From assembly GCF_009914755.1 (NCBI RefSeq), contig NC_060937.1: DNA of 64,000 nucleotides; one strand, 5' to 3'. The position numbers and the translations under genes were made by a program. Shown here piece by piece: positions 13,492 through 27,630 of the stretch. The number at the start of each line of letters is the position of its first letter. Position 1 is the stretch's first letter. The stretch is from the human T2T-CHM13v2.0 reference genome, Homo sapiens. The notes beneath the pieces are model-generated. The model saw nothing but the letters and a program-made list of their open reading frames with translations. It did not search any database and was not told the DNA's origin.

Positions 13492-13902
13492 TGTGTTAGT
13501 CCATTTTGCATTGTTATAAAGAAATACCCCAAGACTGGGTAATTTATAAAGAAAAGAGGTTTAGTTTGGCTCATGGTTCTGCAGACTGTACAAGAAGCAC
13601 AGTGCTGGCATCTGCTTCTGGTGAAGCCTCAGGAAGCTTACAATCATCATGGAAGGTGAAGGGGAAGCGGGCATGTCACATGACAAGAAAGGGAGCAAGA
13701 GAGATGCCAGGCTCTTTTAAACAATCAGCTCTCATGTGAATTAATAGAGTGAGAACTCACTCATTACTGTGGGAAGGGCACCAAGCCATTGATAAGGGAT
13801 CCATCCCCATGACCAAAACACCTCCCACCAGGCCCCACCTCCAATACTGGGGATCACAGTTCAACATGAGATTTGGAGGGGACAAATATCCAAACTATAT
13901 CA
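13492..13902 (-). mobile_element. MaLR solo LTR (MSTB-like)
   Basis: tgtgttagtccattttgcattg...aaatatccaaactatatca with a degenerate TSD gcagc/gtagt. Confidence 0.9.
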
Positions 13903-14006
13903 GTAGTTTTGGATAAATGTTTTGTGTGTTTTCGATAAATATCTTTTAGCTTCTGGGAAGGTCAAGGTCACCTCCAGCCTAGGAATCGGCCTCAATCCAG
14001 TCCTTT

Positions 14007-14385
14007 TGTGGCAGAATAGATTGCCCTTCAGCAAATATTTACCCCCTTCCCATGACCTCCATGAGAAGAGTATACTTTCCTGCAACTTTGATTTTGACCT
14101 TGGAATGAATATGGGCAGCAGGACTAGTGTGTCAATTCCAAACCTAGGCTTGCCCTTCAGGGAGCTTTTGACCTTTACCATGAGAATGCATGCCCTGGGT
14201 AGCTCAGGTCACACAAGAATAAGAGACACATGGAGTGGAGCAGCTTCCCTGGATGACCTGCCAAAACTTGCAACCTAAAGTAGAGAAATCCCAGCCGACC
14301 TGCAGAAATATGAGAAAGAAATAAACATGTATTGTTGCTTGTCCCTGAGATAATTTTGTGGTTGTTTGTTCAGCTGACTGATACA
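14007..14385 (+). mobile_element. MaLR solo LTR (MLT1I/J-like)
   Basis: tgtggcagaat...cccagccgacctgcaga...aataaa...gctgactgataca. Confidence 0.7.
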
Positions 14386-15261
14386 TCTGCCTGTGAGATA
14401 TTAGGTAAAATTGCCTAGGAAGCTTCTGGGAGATAGTTTTTCTCTCTGGTAGGAGAAAGGTACATGAAGATAAACTCCCTACTCAGTGCCACATCCTGAT
14501 ATTGAATGAAGTAGCCAGCTTTTCATGATGAGAAGAAGGCCAAGGGAATCACAGATACCAGCCCCCAAATCAATGAACCAATACCATCAACCATTTTCCT
14601 TCATTTCTTATAAAGTGACAAGAACACATTTTTATTTGTTTAAGCTGCAATTTGTTAGGCACCTGCAGTTGAATGTATTCTCAGTAATACATGTCAATAT
14701 AGAAACCTAGAACTAACTAAACTCTAAGAATTTTCTGTTTTTATGACATAAGCTAACATATTTGACAATTCCCAGAATTATTTCTGGTTTGTAAGCAGAT
14801 GTTGTGTGTTATGTTTTTATTTGTGACATCGTTGGCTTATTCAGTCAGCATTGCCTGCTAATTCAGCAGATGCCCAAGTGTTTAGGATGTCCCTCCACAA
14901 AACCATATTCCCCATAGCTTCATTTGCTTCAAAGAATCTTCCATTACTTTTAGGTGCACCATCTCCCCATATCACAATATTCCATGTGTAATGGAGGTTT
15001 CATCTTGAATCTTTTTAGTCTGACCATCTTCCATGGACTTTCATGGTCCTCTCTGTCTCCTTAATACATCTGGGCCCAAAAAAATCATAAAAGTGATATT
15101 CCTACACAAGTGGTAAGAAGAGCTGAAACAAGCACCTTTCCACTGACTCCTCATTTTAGCGCTAAACTCATGCCACAAAGGGCACAGATGCTGCAGCATG
15201 GAGCAAGATTGCCGGAGTATAAGTCCCAAATCTCCTCCTTCCCAACTGCTTAGATATGGGC

Positions 15262-15630
15262 TGTGCCTTAGCTGGGGCTGCTGGAAAAAAATGCCACAGA
15301 CTGGGTGGCTTAAGAGACATTTATTTTCCACCATTATGAAGGCTGGGAAGTTTAAGACCAAAATGCCAGCAGATTCAGTTCCTGGTGAGGGCTCTCTTCT
15401 TGGCTTGCAGATGGCTGCCTCCTCACTGTGTCCTCACATGGTAGAGAGAGAAACGGCTCTGGTCTCTCTCCGTCTTCTTATATGGACACTAATTCTATCA
15501 TGGGAGCTCCACACTCATAAGCTCCTCTAAACCCAATCACCTCCCAAAGACCCACCACTGAATACCATCATGTGGGGGGCTAGGGCTTCAACATACGAAT
15601 TTGGGGAACGCAAACATTCAGTCCATAACA
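15262..15630 (-). mobile_element. MaLR solo LTR (MLT1A/A0-like) inserted in a MIR
   Basis: ccacagactgggtggcttaa...ggtgagggctctcttcttggcttgcagatgg...cattcagtccataaca. Confidence 0.85.
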
Positions 15631-15729
15631 GATGGGTTATTTAACCTTCATTTACCTCCATTTGCTCATAGGAAAGAATGGCAATATTAACAGTATATAC
15701 CTCATAGTATTGTTGAGAGGCTTAAATGA

Positions 15730-15783
15730 GTGTGTGTGTATATATATGTATATACATATACATATATATATATATATATACAT
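15730..15783. repeat. (TG)n(TA)n compound microsatellite
   Basis: Read directly from the sequence. Confidence 0.9.
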
Positions 15784-17179
15784 AGCCTAGAATGGTATGT
15801 AGTAAGGAACAGTTATATAAGAATTGACCAATTTTCTTATTTTCAGGAAAGGGCAGGATGGCCTGGTGGGGGTGCTGGTGAGATGGGTGAGTGAGTAATA
15901 TACGGCTTTCAGAATAAAAGGATTATAGAGTCGGTGACCCAGTGTAATGCTTAAACACCCGGTACAGTGTCCTCATCAAGTGAGCCTATTTTTCTTAAGA
16001 CTTCTGGCAATATGAAGCTCATTCTTTCCTAAGTCTGTTCATTCCATTAGAAATTTGTATCCCTGTAGCTCCTACTTATTGATCCTAAGTTTTATTTTTT
16101 AGGAATATATAGAGTAAATCTATTCTCTCTTAAATCTATTCTCCCTTTGAATATTTTTTGTGACATAACAGTCCATCCCTAGCCCCTTCTGCCACAGGTG
16201 TTTTCCAGGGTTGATAGGTCTAACATAAATGCCAGCACATCCTATAGCATGGCACCTTTATTTTGTCTATACATCCCACTTTCCCTGTGTCCTTCATGTG
16301 GGCACTGCACTGCAGCACAAGGCACATCAGGGCCATCCCAGCCTCTCCCTTGTTTTAGAAACTATATTTCTGTTGATGAAGCCTGTGAATCCCTCTAGCA
16401 GCCACATTAAGTCATTCTGCATTCACTTCCTTTGTGCCTGAACAGCCCCTAAAACCTACATTCCCTTTCTGTATTCATCCAACTAGCAATGAAACTCTGA
16501 TGCAGATTCTTGTTTTTATTGTTATTATATTTCATCCTATTAAATGCAGCCCATCACTTTAACCTGTCAAGGTCTTTTTGTATCCCGATCCTGTCACCCA
16601 CAGTGTTTTCCATCCAATTTAGATCTCTGTCATCTGAAAATTCAATAGGCTTGCCTACTGTGTTTTCATTCAAGTCCTTGATAAAATGATGGAATAGATC
16701 AGGGCATGCCACCAAAAACCTATCCAAATTGTCACTGATCCATTAGTCATTACCCCTTTGTATAAAATTTTAACAAGTTTCAAACTGCACTTATCTGTAC
16801 ATGAGGATTTCACAAGGCAATTTGTCAAATGCTGAAACACCAGATCTACATCTAAAAGTCTCAGAACCCTATCCTTATTAACAACAGTAACAACAAAAGG
16901 AAATGACACTGTGTGAAAGCATAGTTTTTAGTATTAATCTTTATTTTTATTATTATTATACTTTAAGTTATGGGATACAAGTGCAGAACGTGTAGGTTTG
17001 TTACATAGGTATACATGTGCCATGGTGGTTTGCTGCACCCATCAACCCGTCATCTACATTAAGTATTTCTCCTAATGCTATTCCTCCCCTTGCCCTCTAC
17101 CCCCTGAAAGGCCCCGGTGTGTGATGTTCCCCTCCCTGTGCCCATATGTTCTCATTGTTCAACTCCCACTTATCAGTGA

Positions 17180-20100
17180 GAATGTGTGGTGTTTGGTTTC
17201 CTGTTCCCGTGTTTGTTGAGAATGATGGTTTCCAGCTTCATCCATGTCCCTGCAAAGGACATGAACTCATTCTTTCTAATGGCTGTGTAGTATTCCATAT
17301 GTGCCACATTTACTTTATCCAATCTAACATTGATGGGCATTTGAGTTGGTTCCAAGTCTTTGCTATTGTGAATAGTGCTGCAATAAACATACATGAGCAT
17401 GTGTTTTTATAGTAGAATGATATATAGTCTTTTGGGTATATACCCAGTAATGGGATTGCTGGGTCAAATGGTATTTCTAGTTCTAGATCCTTGAGGAATT
17501 GCCACACTGTCTTCCGCAATGGTTGAACTAATTTACACTCCCACCAACAGTATAAAAGCATTCCTGTTTCTCCACATCCTCTCCAGAATCTGTTGTTTCC
17601 TGACTTTAATAATTGCCATCTAACTGGTATGAGATGGTATCTCATTGTGGTTTTGATTTGCATTTCTCTAATGACCAGTGATGATGAGCTTTTTTTCATA
17701 TGTTTGTTGGCCGCATAAATGCCTTCTTTTGAAAAGTGTCTGTTCATATCCTTCACCCACTGTTTGATGGGGTTGTTTGCTTTTTCTTGTAAATTTGTTT
17801 AAGTCTCTTGTAGATTCTTGATATTAGCCGTTTGTCAGATGGATACATTGGTTGTTTGCTTTTTCTTGTAAATTTATTTAAGTCCCTTGTAGATTCTTGA
17901 TATTAGCCATTTGTCAGATGGATACATTGCAAAAATTTTCTCCCATTCTGTAGGTTGCCTGTTCACTCTGATGATAGTTTCTTTTGCTGTGCAAAAGCTC
18001 TTTAGTTTACTTAGATCCCATTTGTCAACTTTGGCTTTTGTTGGAATTGCTTTTGGTGTTTTAGTCATGAAGTCTTTGTCAGTGCCTATGTCCTGAATGG
18101 TATTTCCTAGGTTTTCTTGTAGGGTTTTTATGGTTTTAGGTCTTATGTTTAAATCTTTAATCCATCTTGAGTTAATTTTTGTAAGGAAGGGGTCCAATTT
18201 CAGTTTTCTGCATATGGCTAGCCAGTTTTCCCAACACCATTGATTAAATAGGGAATCCTTTCCCCATTGCTTGTTTTTGTCAGGTTTGTCAAATATCAGG
18301 TAGTTGCAGATGTGTGGTGTTATCTGAGGCCATCATTCTGTTCCATTGGTCTGTATATCTGTTTTAGTACCAGTACCATGCTGTTTTGCTTACTGTAGCC
18401 TCATAGTATAGTTTGAAGTCACATAGCATGATGCCTACAGCTTTGTTCTTTTTGCTTAGGATTGTCTTGGCTATATGGGTTCTTTTTTGGTTCCATATGA
18501 AATTTAAAGTAGTTTTTTCTAATTCTGTGAAGAAAGTCAATGGTGGCTTGATGGGGATAGCACTGAATCTATAAATTATTTTGGACAGTATGGCCATTTT
18601 CATGATATTGATTCTTCCTATCCATGAGTATGGAATGTTTTTCCATTTGTTTGTGTCCTCTCTTATTTCCTTGAGCAGTGGTTTGTAGTTCTCCTTGAAG
18701 AGGTCCTTCACATCCCTTGTAAGTTGGATTCCCAGGTATTTTATTCTCTTTGTAGCAATTGTGAATGGGAGTTTTCTCATGATTTGGCTCTCTGTTTATC
18801 TATTATTGGTGTATAGGAATGCTTGTGATTTTTGCACATTGATTTTGTATCCTGAGACTTTGGCTGAAGTTGCTTATCAGCTTAAGGAGTTTTTGGGCTG
18901 AGATGATGGGGTTTTTTAAATATACAATCATATCATCTGCAAACAGAGATAATTTGACTTCCTCTCTTCCTATTTGAATACCTTTATTTCTTTCCCTTGC
19001 TTGATTGCCCTGGCTAGAACTTCCAATACTATGTTGGATAGGAGTGATGAGAGAGGGCATCCTGGTCTTGTGCTGGTTTTCAAAGGGAACGCTTCCAGCT
19101 TTTGCTTATTCAGTAAGATATTGGCTGGGGGTTTGCCATAAATGGCTTTTATTATTTTGAGATACGTTCCATCGATACCTAGTTTATTGAGAGTTTTTAG
19201 CATGAAGGAGTGTTGAATTTTATCAAAGGCCTTTTCTGTATCTATTGAGATAATCATGTGGTTTTTGTCATTGGTTCTGTTTATGTGATGGATTACATTT
19301 ATTGATTTGCATATGTTGAACCAGCCTTGCTTCCCAGGGATGAAGCCAACTTGATCGTGGTGGATAAGCTTTTTGATGTGCTGCTGGATTTGGTTTGCCA
19401 GTATTTTATTGAGGATTTTCGCATCAATGTTCATCAGGGATATAGGCCTGAAATTTTCTTTTTTTGTTGTGTCTCTGCCTGGTTTTGGTATCAAGATGAT
19501 GCTGGCCTTATAAAATGAGTTAGGGAGGGTTTCCTATTTTTCTATTCTTTGGAATAGTTTCAGAAGGAATCGTACCAGCTCCTCTTTGTACCTCTGGTAG
19601 AATTCGGCTGTGAATCTGCCTGGTCCTGGGCTTTTTTTGAACCTTTTTTGAACTTGTTATTGGTGATTCAGGGATTCTACTCCTTCCTGGTTTAGTCTTA
19701 GGATGGTGTATGTGACCAGGAATTTATCCATTTCTTCTAGATTTTCTCGTTTATTTGCATAGAAGTGTTTATAGTATTATCTGATGGTAGTTTGTATTTC
19801 TGTGGGATCAGTGGTCATATCCCCTTTATCATTTTTTATTGTGTCTATTTGATTCTTCTCTCCTTTCTTCTCTATTAGTCTGGCTAGTGGTCTATCTATT
19901 TTGTTAATCTTTTCAAAAAACCACCTCCTGGATTCATTGATTTTTTTGAAGGGTTTTTCGTGTCTCTCTTTCCTTCAGTTCTGCTCTGATCTTAATTATC
20001 TTTTGTCTTCTGCTAGCTTTTGAATTTGTTTGCTCTTGCTCCTCTAGTTCTTTTAATTATGATGTTAGGGTGTCCATTTTAGATCTTTTCCACTTTCTCC

Positions 20101-21014
20101 TGTGGGCATTTAGTGCTATAAATGTCCCTCTAAACACTACTTTAGCTGTGTCCCAGAGATTCTGGTACATTGTGTCTTTGTTCTCATTTTGGTTTCAAAT
20201 AACTTATTTATTTCTGCCTTAACCCAGTAGTCTTTCAGGAGCAGGTTGTTCAGTTTCCATGTAGTTGTGCGGTTTTGTTCTTAATTCTGAGTTCTAATTT
20301 GTTTGCACTGTGGTCTGAGAGATGGTTTCTTATGATTTCCCTTCTTTTGCATTTGCTGAGGAGTGTTTTACTTCCAATTATGTGGTTGATTTTAAAATAA
20401 GTGCTATGTGGTGCTGAGAAGAATGTAGATTCTGTTGATTTGGGGTGGAGAGTTCTGTAGATGTCTATTAGATCCACTTGGTGCAGAGCTGAGTTCAAGT
20501 CCTGAATATCCGTGTTAATTTTCTGTCTCGTTGATCTGTCTAATATTGACAGTGGGGTGTTAAAATCTCCCACCATTATTGTGTGGGAGTCTAAGTCTAT
20601 TTGTAGGTCTCTAAGAACTTGCTTTATCAATCTGGGTGCTCCTGTATTGGGTGCATATATATTTAGGATAGTTAGTTCTTCTTGTTCCATTAATCCCTTT
20701 ACCATTATGTAGTGCCCTTCTTTGTCTTTTTTGATCTTTATTGGTTTAAAGTCTGTTTTATCAGAGACTAGGATTGCAACCCCTGCTTTTTTTTTTTTTT
20801 TTTTTTTTTGCTTTCAATTTGCTTGGTAAATCTTCCTCCATCCCTTTATTTTGAGCCAATAAGTGTCTTTGCATGTGAGATGGGTCTCCTGAATACAGCA
20901 CACTGATGGGTATTGACTCTTTATCCAATTTGCCAGTCTATGCCTTTTAATTGGGTCACTTAGCCCATTTACATTTAAGGTTACTATTGCTATGTGTGAA
21001 CTTGATCCTGTCAT
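17180..21014 (-). pseudogene. disrupted L1 ORF2 (endonuclease/reverse transcriptase)
   Basis: ORF-track fragments MTGSSSHI...[54 protein letters not shown] are split across many frames by stops and frameshifts. Confidence 0.95.
17772..17929. repeat. 79-bp tandem duplication inside L1 ORF2
   Basis: 17772-17850 and 17851-17929 differ at 3 positions. Confidence 0.95.
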
Positions 21015-21077
21015 TATGATGCTAGATGGTTATTTTTCCCATTAGTTGATGCAGTTTCTTCATAGTGTCAATGACCT

Positions 21078-22105
21078 TTACATTTTGGTTTGTTTTTGCA
21101 GTGGCTGGTACTGGTTTTTCCTTTCCATATTTGGTGCTTCCTTCAGGAGCTCTTGTAAGGCAGGCCTGGTGATGACAAAAGTCCCTCAGCATTTGCTTGT
21201 CTGTAAAGGATTTTATTTCTCCTTCACTTACGAAGCTTAGTTTGGCTGGATATGAAATTCTGGGTTGAAAATTCTTTTATTTAAGAATATTGAATTTTGG
21301 CCCCCACTCTCTTCTGGCTTGTAGGATTTCTGCAGAGAGATCCACTGTTTGTCTGATGGGCTTCCCTTTGTGGGTAATCAGACCTTTCTCTCTGAATGCC
21401 CTTAACATTTTTTCCTTCATTTCAACCTTGGTGAATCTGATGATTATGTGTCTTGGGGTTGCTCCTCTCAAGGAGTATCTTTGTGATGTTCTCTGTATTT
21501 CCTGAATTTGAATGCTGGCTTGTCTTGCTAGGTTGGGGAAGTTCTCCTGGATAATACCCTGAAGTGCATTTTCCACCTTGGTTCTATTCTCCCCATCACT
21601 TTCAGGTACACCAATCAAACATAGGTTCGGTCTTTTCACATAGTCCCATATTTCTTGGAGGCTTTGTTCGTTCCTTTTCATTCTTTTTTCTCTAATCTTG
21701 TCTTCACCCTTTACTTCATTAAGTTGATCTCCAATCTCTGATATCCTTTCTTCTGCTTGATCTATTCAGCTATTGATACTTGTGTACGCTTCACAAGGTT
21801 CTCATGCTGTGTTTTTCAGCTCCATCAGGTCATTTATGTTCTTCTCTAAACTGGTTATTCTAGTTAGCAATTCCTGTAACCTTTTTTCAAGGTTCTTAGC
21901 TTCCATGCACTGGGTTAGAACATGCTCCTTTAGTTCGAAGGAGTTTGTTATTACCCCCCCTTCTGAAGCCTACTTTTGTCAATTTGTCACACTCATTCTC
22001 CATCCAGTTTTGTTCCCTTGATGGCGAGGAGTTGTGATCCTTTGGAGGAGAAGAGGTATTCTGGTTTTTGGAATTTTCAGCCTTTTTGCGCTAGTTTTTC
22101 CTCAT
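21078..22105 (-). pseudogene. disrupted L1 ORF1
   Basis: ATG AGG AAA AAC TAG at the start. Fragment MKRNEQSLQEIWDYVKRPNL...QARREWGP (21277-21681) is L1 ORF1p. Confidence 0.9.
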
Positions 22106-24153
22106 CTTCATGGATTTATCTACCTTTGATCTTTGCTGTTGGTGACCTACGGATGGAGTTTTTGCGTGGTCGTCCTTTTTGTTGATGTTGATGCTATTGC
22201 TTTCTGATTGTTAGTTTTCCTTCTAACAGTCAGGGCCCTCTCCTGCAGGTCTGCTGGAGTTTGCTGGGGATCCACTCCAGACCCTGTTTACCTAGGTATC
22301 ACCAGTGAAGCCTGCAGAACAGCAAAGATTGCTGCCTGTTCCTTCCTCTGGAAGCTTCATCCCAGAGGGGCACCCTCCAGATGCCAGCTAGAGCTCTCCT
22401 GTATGAGGTGTCTGTTGACCCCTGCTGGGAAGTGTCTTCCGGTCAGGAGGCACAGGGGTCAGGGACCCACTTGAGGATGCAGTCCGTCCCTTAGCAGAGC
22501 TGGAGCACTGTGCTGGGAGATCCACTGCTCTCTTCAGAGCCAGCAGGCAGGAACATTTAAGTCTGCTGAAGCTGTGCTCACAGCTGCCCCTTCTCCCAGG
22601 TGCTCTGTCCCAGGGAGATGGGAGTTTTATCTATAAGCCTCTGACTGGGGCTGCTGCTTTTCCTTCAGAGATACCCTGCCCAGAGAGGAGGAATCTAGAG
22701 AGGCAGTCTGGCTACAGCAGCTTTGTGGCGCTGCAGTTTGCTCTGCGCAGTCCGAACTTCCAGGCAGCTTTGTTTACACTGTGAGTGGAAAACCGCCTAC
22801 TCAAGCCTCAGTAATGGTGGATGCCCCTCCCCCCACCAAGCTCGAGCTTCCGAGGTCAACTTCAGACTGCTGTGCTGGCAGCAAGAATTTCAAGCCATGG
22901 ATCTTAGCTTGCTGGCCTCCATGGGGGTGGTAACCACTGAGCAAGACCACTTGGCTCCCTAGCTTTAGCCCCCTTTCCAGGGGAGTAAATGGTTCTGTCT
23001 CGCTGGCGTTCCAGGCACCACTGGGATATGAAAAGAAACTCCTGCAGCTAGCTTTGTTTCTGCCCAAATGCCCCCCAGTTTTGTGTTTGAAACCAGGGCC
23101 CTAGTGGTGTAAGCACCTGAGGGAATCTCCTGGTCTGAGGGTTGCAAAGACCATGGGAAAAGTGTAGTATCAGAGCTGGATAGCGCAGTCCCTCATGGCA
23201 CGGTTTCTCATGGCTTCCCTTGGCTAGGGGAAGGAGTTCCCTGACCCCTCACACTTCCTGGGTGAGGTGACGCCCCACCCTTCTTCTGCTCACCGTTTGT
23301 GGGCTGCACCCACTGTCTAACCAGTCCCAATGAGATGAACCAGGTACCTCAGTTGGAAATGCAGAAATCACCCCTCTTCTGCATTGGTCTGGCTGGGAGC
23401 TGTAGATTGGAGCTGTTCCTATTCAGCCATCTTACCCGGGAATCAGTATTGATCTTTTAAATATTTACAAAGTTGCATTGATAATCCATTGTGGAGTGCT
23501 GCATGGTATATATTATCCAATTCACTTTTTAAAAAAATCAGAATACACTTGGAGAATGTTTTTATAGCCAGGGACCTAAAAAGACACTTCGATATTCACT
23601 ATGAATTTGAATATGACTGGGTATATTCAAGGGATGACTGGACTGGCTCACTGGATGCCTATTTGCATGAAGACTTTCCAGGAGTTTTATTAGAAGGTCC
23701 ATGACTCGGCATAGTAAGACTAATACCCTGCTCCAGAATTATGACCATACGTCTTTGTGAAACTGAAACCTCCCCTGATTCAGCCAAGCAGTATTCCAGG
23801 TGGGAACGGAACATACCCAAGGACAGAAAGAATTGTGATGCATGAATTTCGTCTGTAGGTAATGACTGAATAAAAGGGATAATGTTCTATTATAGCACAG
23901 TGTGGGCTGCTTGAATTCCCTTTTCATTCCAGAGATCAAGGGAAGAAATCATAGATTTCAGAAAATCATGGATTTGAGTACTGACTCTCCTACTTAACAG
24001 TTGTGCTTATTAGGATCTGTTTTAGAGAACCATTGCTAGTCCCTAATTAAAAATCTTTTTTGGTAAATTATGATCTTTAAAAATAACCTGACCTCGAGTC
24101 TAGAATTCTCTGTGAGTTCCCAGTGGACTTACTCTAGTTTCTTTTGATATCTT

Positions 24154-24719
<566 letters not shown>

Positions 24720-26059
24720 TGATATCTTATCTCTTTCTTCTATAGATTTTATTTGAGATTATAGGGTTGAAACTAAATCTCTGGATATTCCCTTCTCAAG
24801 TCCACTTTAGACTTTTTTCCCGAATTGTTTGAAATCTGTTTTTCCAAAGTCTTAGCACGTATCTGACCACATCCAGTTTTTCTTTTGCCGATAATCACTG
24901 CTTCTAAGTGTCCCAAGTAGTTTTCACTCACTAAAAGTGGTTCTTATAATCCAAACTAAGACTGACTCTAAATATCCCTATTTTTGTGACCAGTGGCTCC
25001 TATAGGTTTGGTGTATATGACAGCTTTTGTTTTGGAATCTCAGAAAAGTAGGGGTTTTCTATGAAGAGGTCAAAGAAAAAACAAGATAATTAGGAATAAC
25101 TAACTCCTCTTCCCCCACCAAAAAATTTGAGCTCAAGGGACTACATAGCTCAATGGGAAATGAAATTCAACCAAGACTCTAGAAGACTAAGTAGAGTCCA
25201 GGGGATAAACAGCAGTAGAGTGGGGAGAGGGACACTGCCTTCTCTTCCTTAAGGAGCATGGAGGTCCTCTGAGGGCTTGGATAGTCAAGCAGCATGTCTG
25301 TGCCTGGCAGAGACAACCTCACAGACATCTCTGCAGCTAAGAGGATCCTGGCAAAAGGATGTGAGCAGAGCATTTCCTTCCGGGTTCATAGTTTTTCGGG
25401 AAAGTGTGTACCTCCATGATGTACAGTGGCACTCTCCCTCTAGCAGGTGGGTTTCTTTGAATTAGAGTTTAACTTCATCTTGGATTCCAATCAGGAGTCC
25501 CTCTTCCTCACTTGGTATCACTCATGAGGTCACATTTACCCTGATATTCCATGAAAACACTTTATCACCCACCTTCTAAACAGCCAATGTCTTAAGCAGT
25601 GAGTCTCATTGCTGTACCAATATTTTAACTGTGAAATAGTACAACTTTTCTACTAATAGTTGACATTGTATTCCCTATAGTAATTAGATTATGGGTGTTT
25701 CTTTCCCATTTTTTTTGTAATCAGTTTAAATCCTTTTTGAAATGTTAAACTAGTCTTTGGGAAAACATTTTTTGTCCCAAACTTAGGATATGCATTACTC
25801 CCTCATTCTTATATTTTAAAATATGTCTACAAATTTAGATCTCATTCTTTGATACCATCTACATAGCTAGTTTTATCTTATTTCCTCTTTTCTTATAAAT
25901 TGACAACTTTCAGTGATGTTAGGTAAACATTGACTGTATGTCTAAGTCCTTCATCCTCCTGCCTGACTTCATAGGTCCCAAAGGTACCTCTTAGATTTGT
26001 GTTTGTGTTAGAGAGTGTCCACCATCTGTCGGCCTCATGTTGATTCTTCTATACCCTTC

Positions 26060-26565
26060 TGTTTATCAGAGTAGTAGGAAGACTGCAAAATACATTTCCC
26101 AAAATCCCTTGCTAGCTGGCATCCAATGGAGGGCAGGACATGAATGAAGGCTGGAGGGAAGAAGCCATTTTTTAAAAATACTTTCTGCTTGCACCTGTGG
26201 CAGTGCCAGCAGCAGCAGCCACATGGACAGCAACAGTGGTGACAGCAACAGCAAGATTAGCAGTTTGGGCAAGAACATAGAAGCAAGGGTGCCTGGTGAG
26301 CACAGGTTCCTGAGGCGCTGCTCAGGCAGCAGTTCTCCAAAGGAAGCAGCCTCTATGGCACAGTGTCCATGGGCTGTGGGTAAAATCATTTTCCCTATTG
26401 TCCTCCAGCTCTATGTGCAATCACAGTTTAGTGCAATTGCCAGTCCTTGGATAACCTAACCCTTCTTGTTTTACTCCTCTAACCCATTTCTATATTTTCA
26501 TAACAGATTCCTTACATTAAATGCCCTCTGTCAAACACAGATCTGTTACTGTTCTCCTGATTGAG
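26060..26565 (+). mobile_element. old ERVL-type LTR fragment
   Basis: tacatttcccaaaatcccttgctagctgg motif and an LTR-like 3' end (attaaat...tgttctcctgattga). Family uncertain. Confidence 0.4.
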
Positions 26566-27539
26566 TAGCGTCCAAGGCAAGCTGGTAGGAATTTCAGCAT
26601 GTGTGTGCAACATCAGCAGATGCAGTGCACCCAGAATGAATTTCATCATATCCTGGAAAAACGTTTGAGGAAGACTCGATTGACAATGTCAACTCTGCAC
26701 ACCACTGTTCTTTATCTCTTGGTAAAGAATCATCAACCTCTCAGATCCAGTGAAAGATTTTATGTTATTTACTGGCATTTAAAGACACTTGTTTGTGCTG
26801 TGCTTATTTCCCAGGAGGTCTGCATTCAAATTACTGGGGAAAAAATGCAAGACTTTTGCATCTGTTGAGCCCTTTCTTCTTTAAGGCATATGATTCATCA
26901 CTCTCATCTCCCTGCTTTTTTCTTCCCCTTAGTCTCCTAAGAATTTTGAATGTATTTTCTTTTGATATTTCTTCTTCCCTTTTCTTTAGGAACTCTTCAT
27001 CTTTGCAGATAAGCTGGCATTCAGAAGGAGGACACTTGAGAAAGAAAGGAAGCCAGTAGAATAATGCTATCACAGAAGAAAGGATGAGGTCAGTGTGGGC
27101 TCTAGTCTTACGCCACAGGTTAATTATCATCATATGTAGCCTCTAATTAAGATAAAATATGGAGAATATCTTATTCCCCCACAAAATGAAAGGGAACTTA
27201 GCTTAAACTATGGAATAATTTCATAGGTTACCACAGGCAAATTCATGCCCATACCTCTATATTCAGGAACTCTTCCTTCATCATCCTGAGCAATGAGGAA
27301 GGGGACTACTGACTCCAAATTTTGGAAATATTTATGTCATGGCCCATTGCCCTGATGGATTTGTTGACCTTTAATATTTAGAATCTCTGCCTCTATGCAT
27401 GTTACCCCCGATATCTGCATGTAACACAGATATGGTAGATTTAGAAGATGACACTTGATTAGACACAAAATGTGGAAGAAAAAATATCAAACTGTGTAGC
27501 TGAATGTTACCCAGAAGTGAAGAAAGGCATGCAGCCAGA

Positions 27540-27630
27540 TTTCCCCAGCTCTTTGTTTCATCACATGATGTTGCTTGGATATCAGCTTATCAACAGACTT
27601 CCACCACCACCACCAGCATATAAACAGAGT
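27540..27630 (+). promoter_or_regulatory. putative FAM216B promoter with RFX X-box-like and forkhead motifs
   Basis: gttgcttggatatc (27570-27583) resembles an X-box, and taaaca (forkhead) lies at ~27621. Non-repeat sequence just upstream of the splice donors. Confidence 0.45.

Larger units (their letters stand above)
13420..14691 (+). mobile_element. old ERVL LTR (LTR16/LTR33-like) hosting two nested MaLR LTRs
   Basis: tatagcagacact start and ...ctcagtaataca end. The pieces flank the MST and MLT1 insertions. Confidence 0.45.
16943..23444 (-). mobile_element. full-length, inactive L1PA7-type LINE-1
   Basis: 5'UTR (aagatggctgaataggaacagctcc), ORF1, ORF2, 3'UTR and poly-A are all present. 13-bp TSD agtatt(a/g)atcttt at 16930-16942 and 23445-23457. 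Confidence 0.95.

Noticed and set aside
16943-23444. Potentially active L1
   Set aside because: ORF1 stops at codon 5. ORF2 has many stops and frameshifts, an expanded A tract (~20787-20809) and a 79-bp duplication.
26066-27133. Leu-rich, Ser-rich and Lys/Glu-rich ORFs
   Set aside because: Low-complexity translations of an LTR fragment and decayed CR1 sequence.
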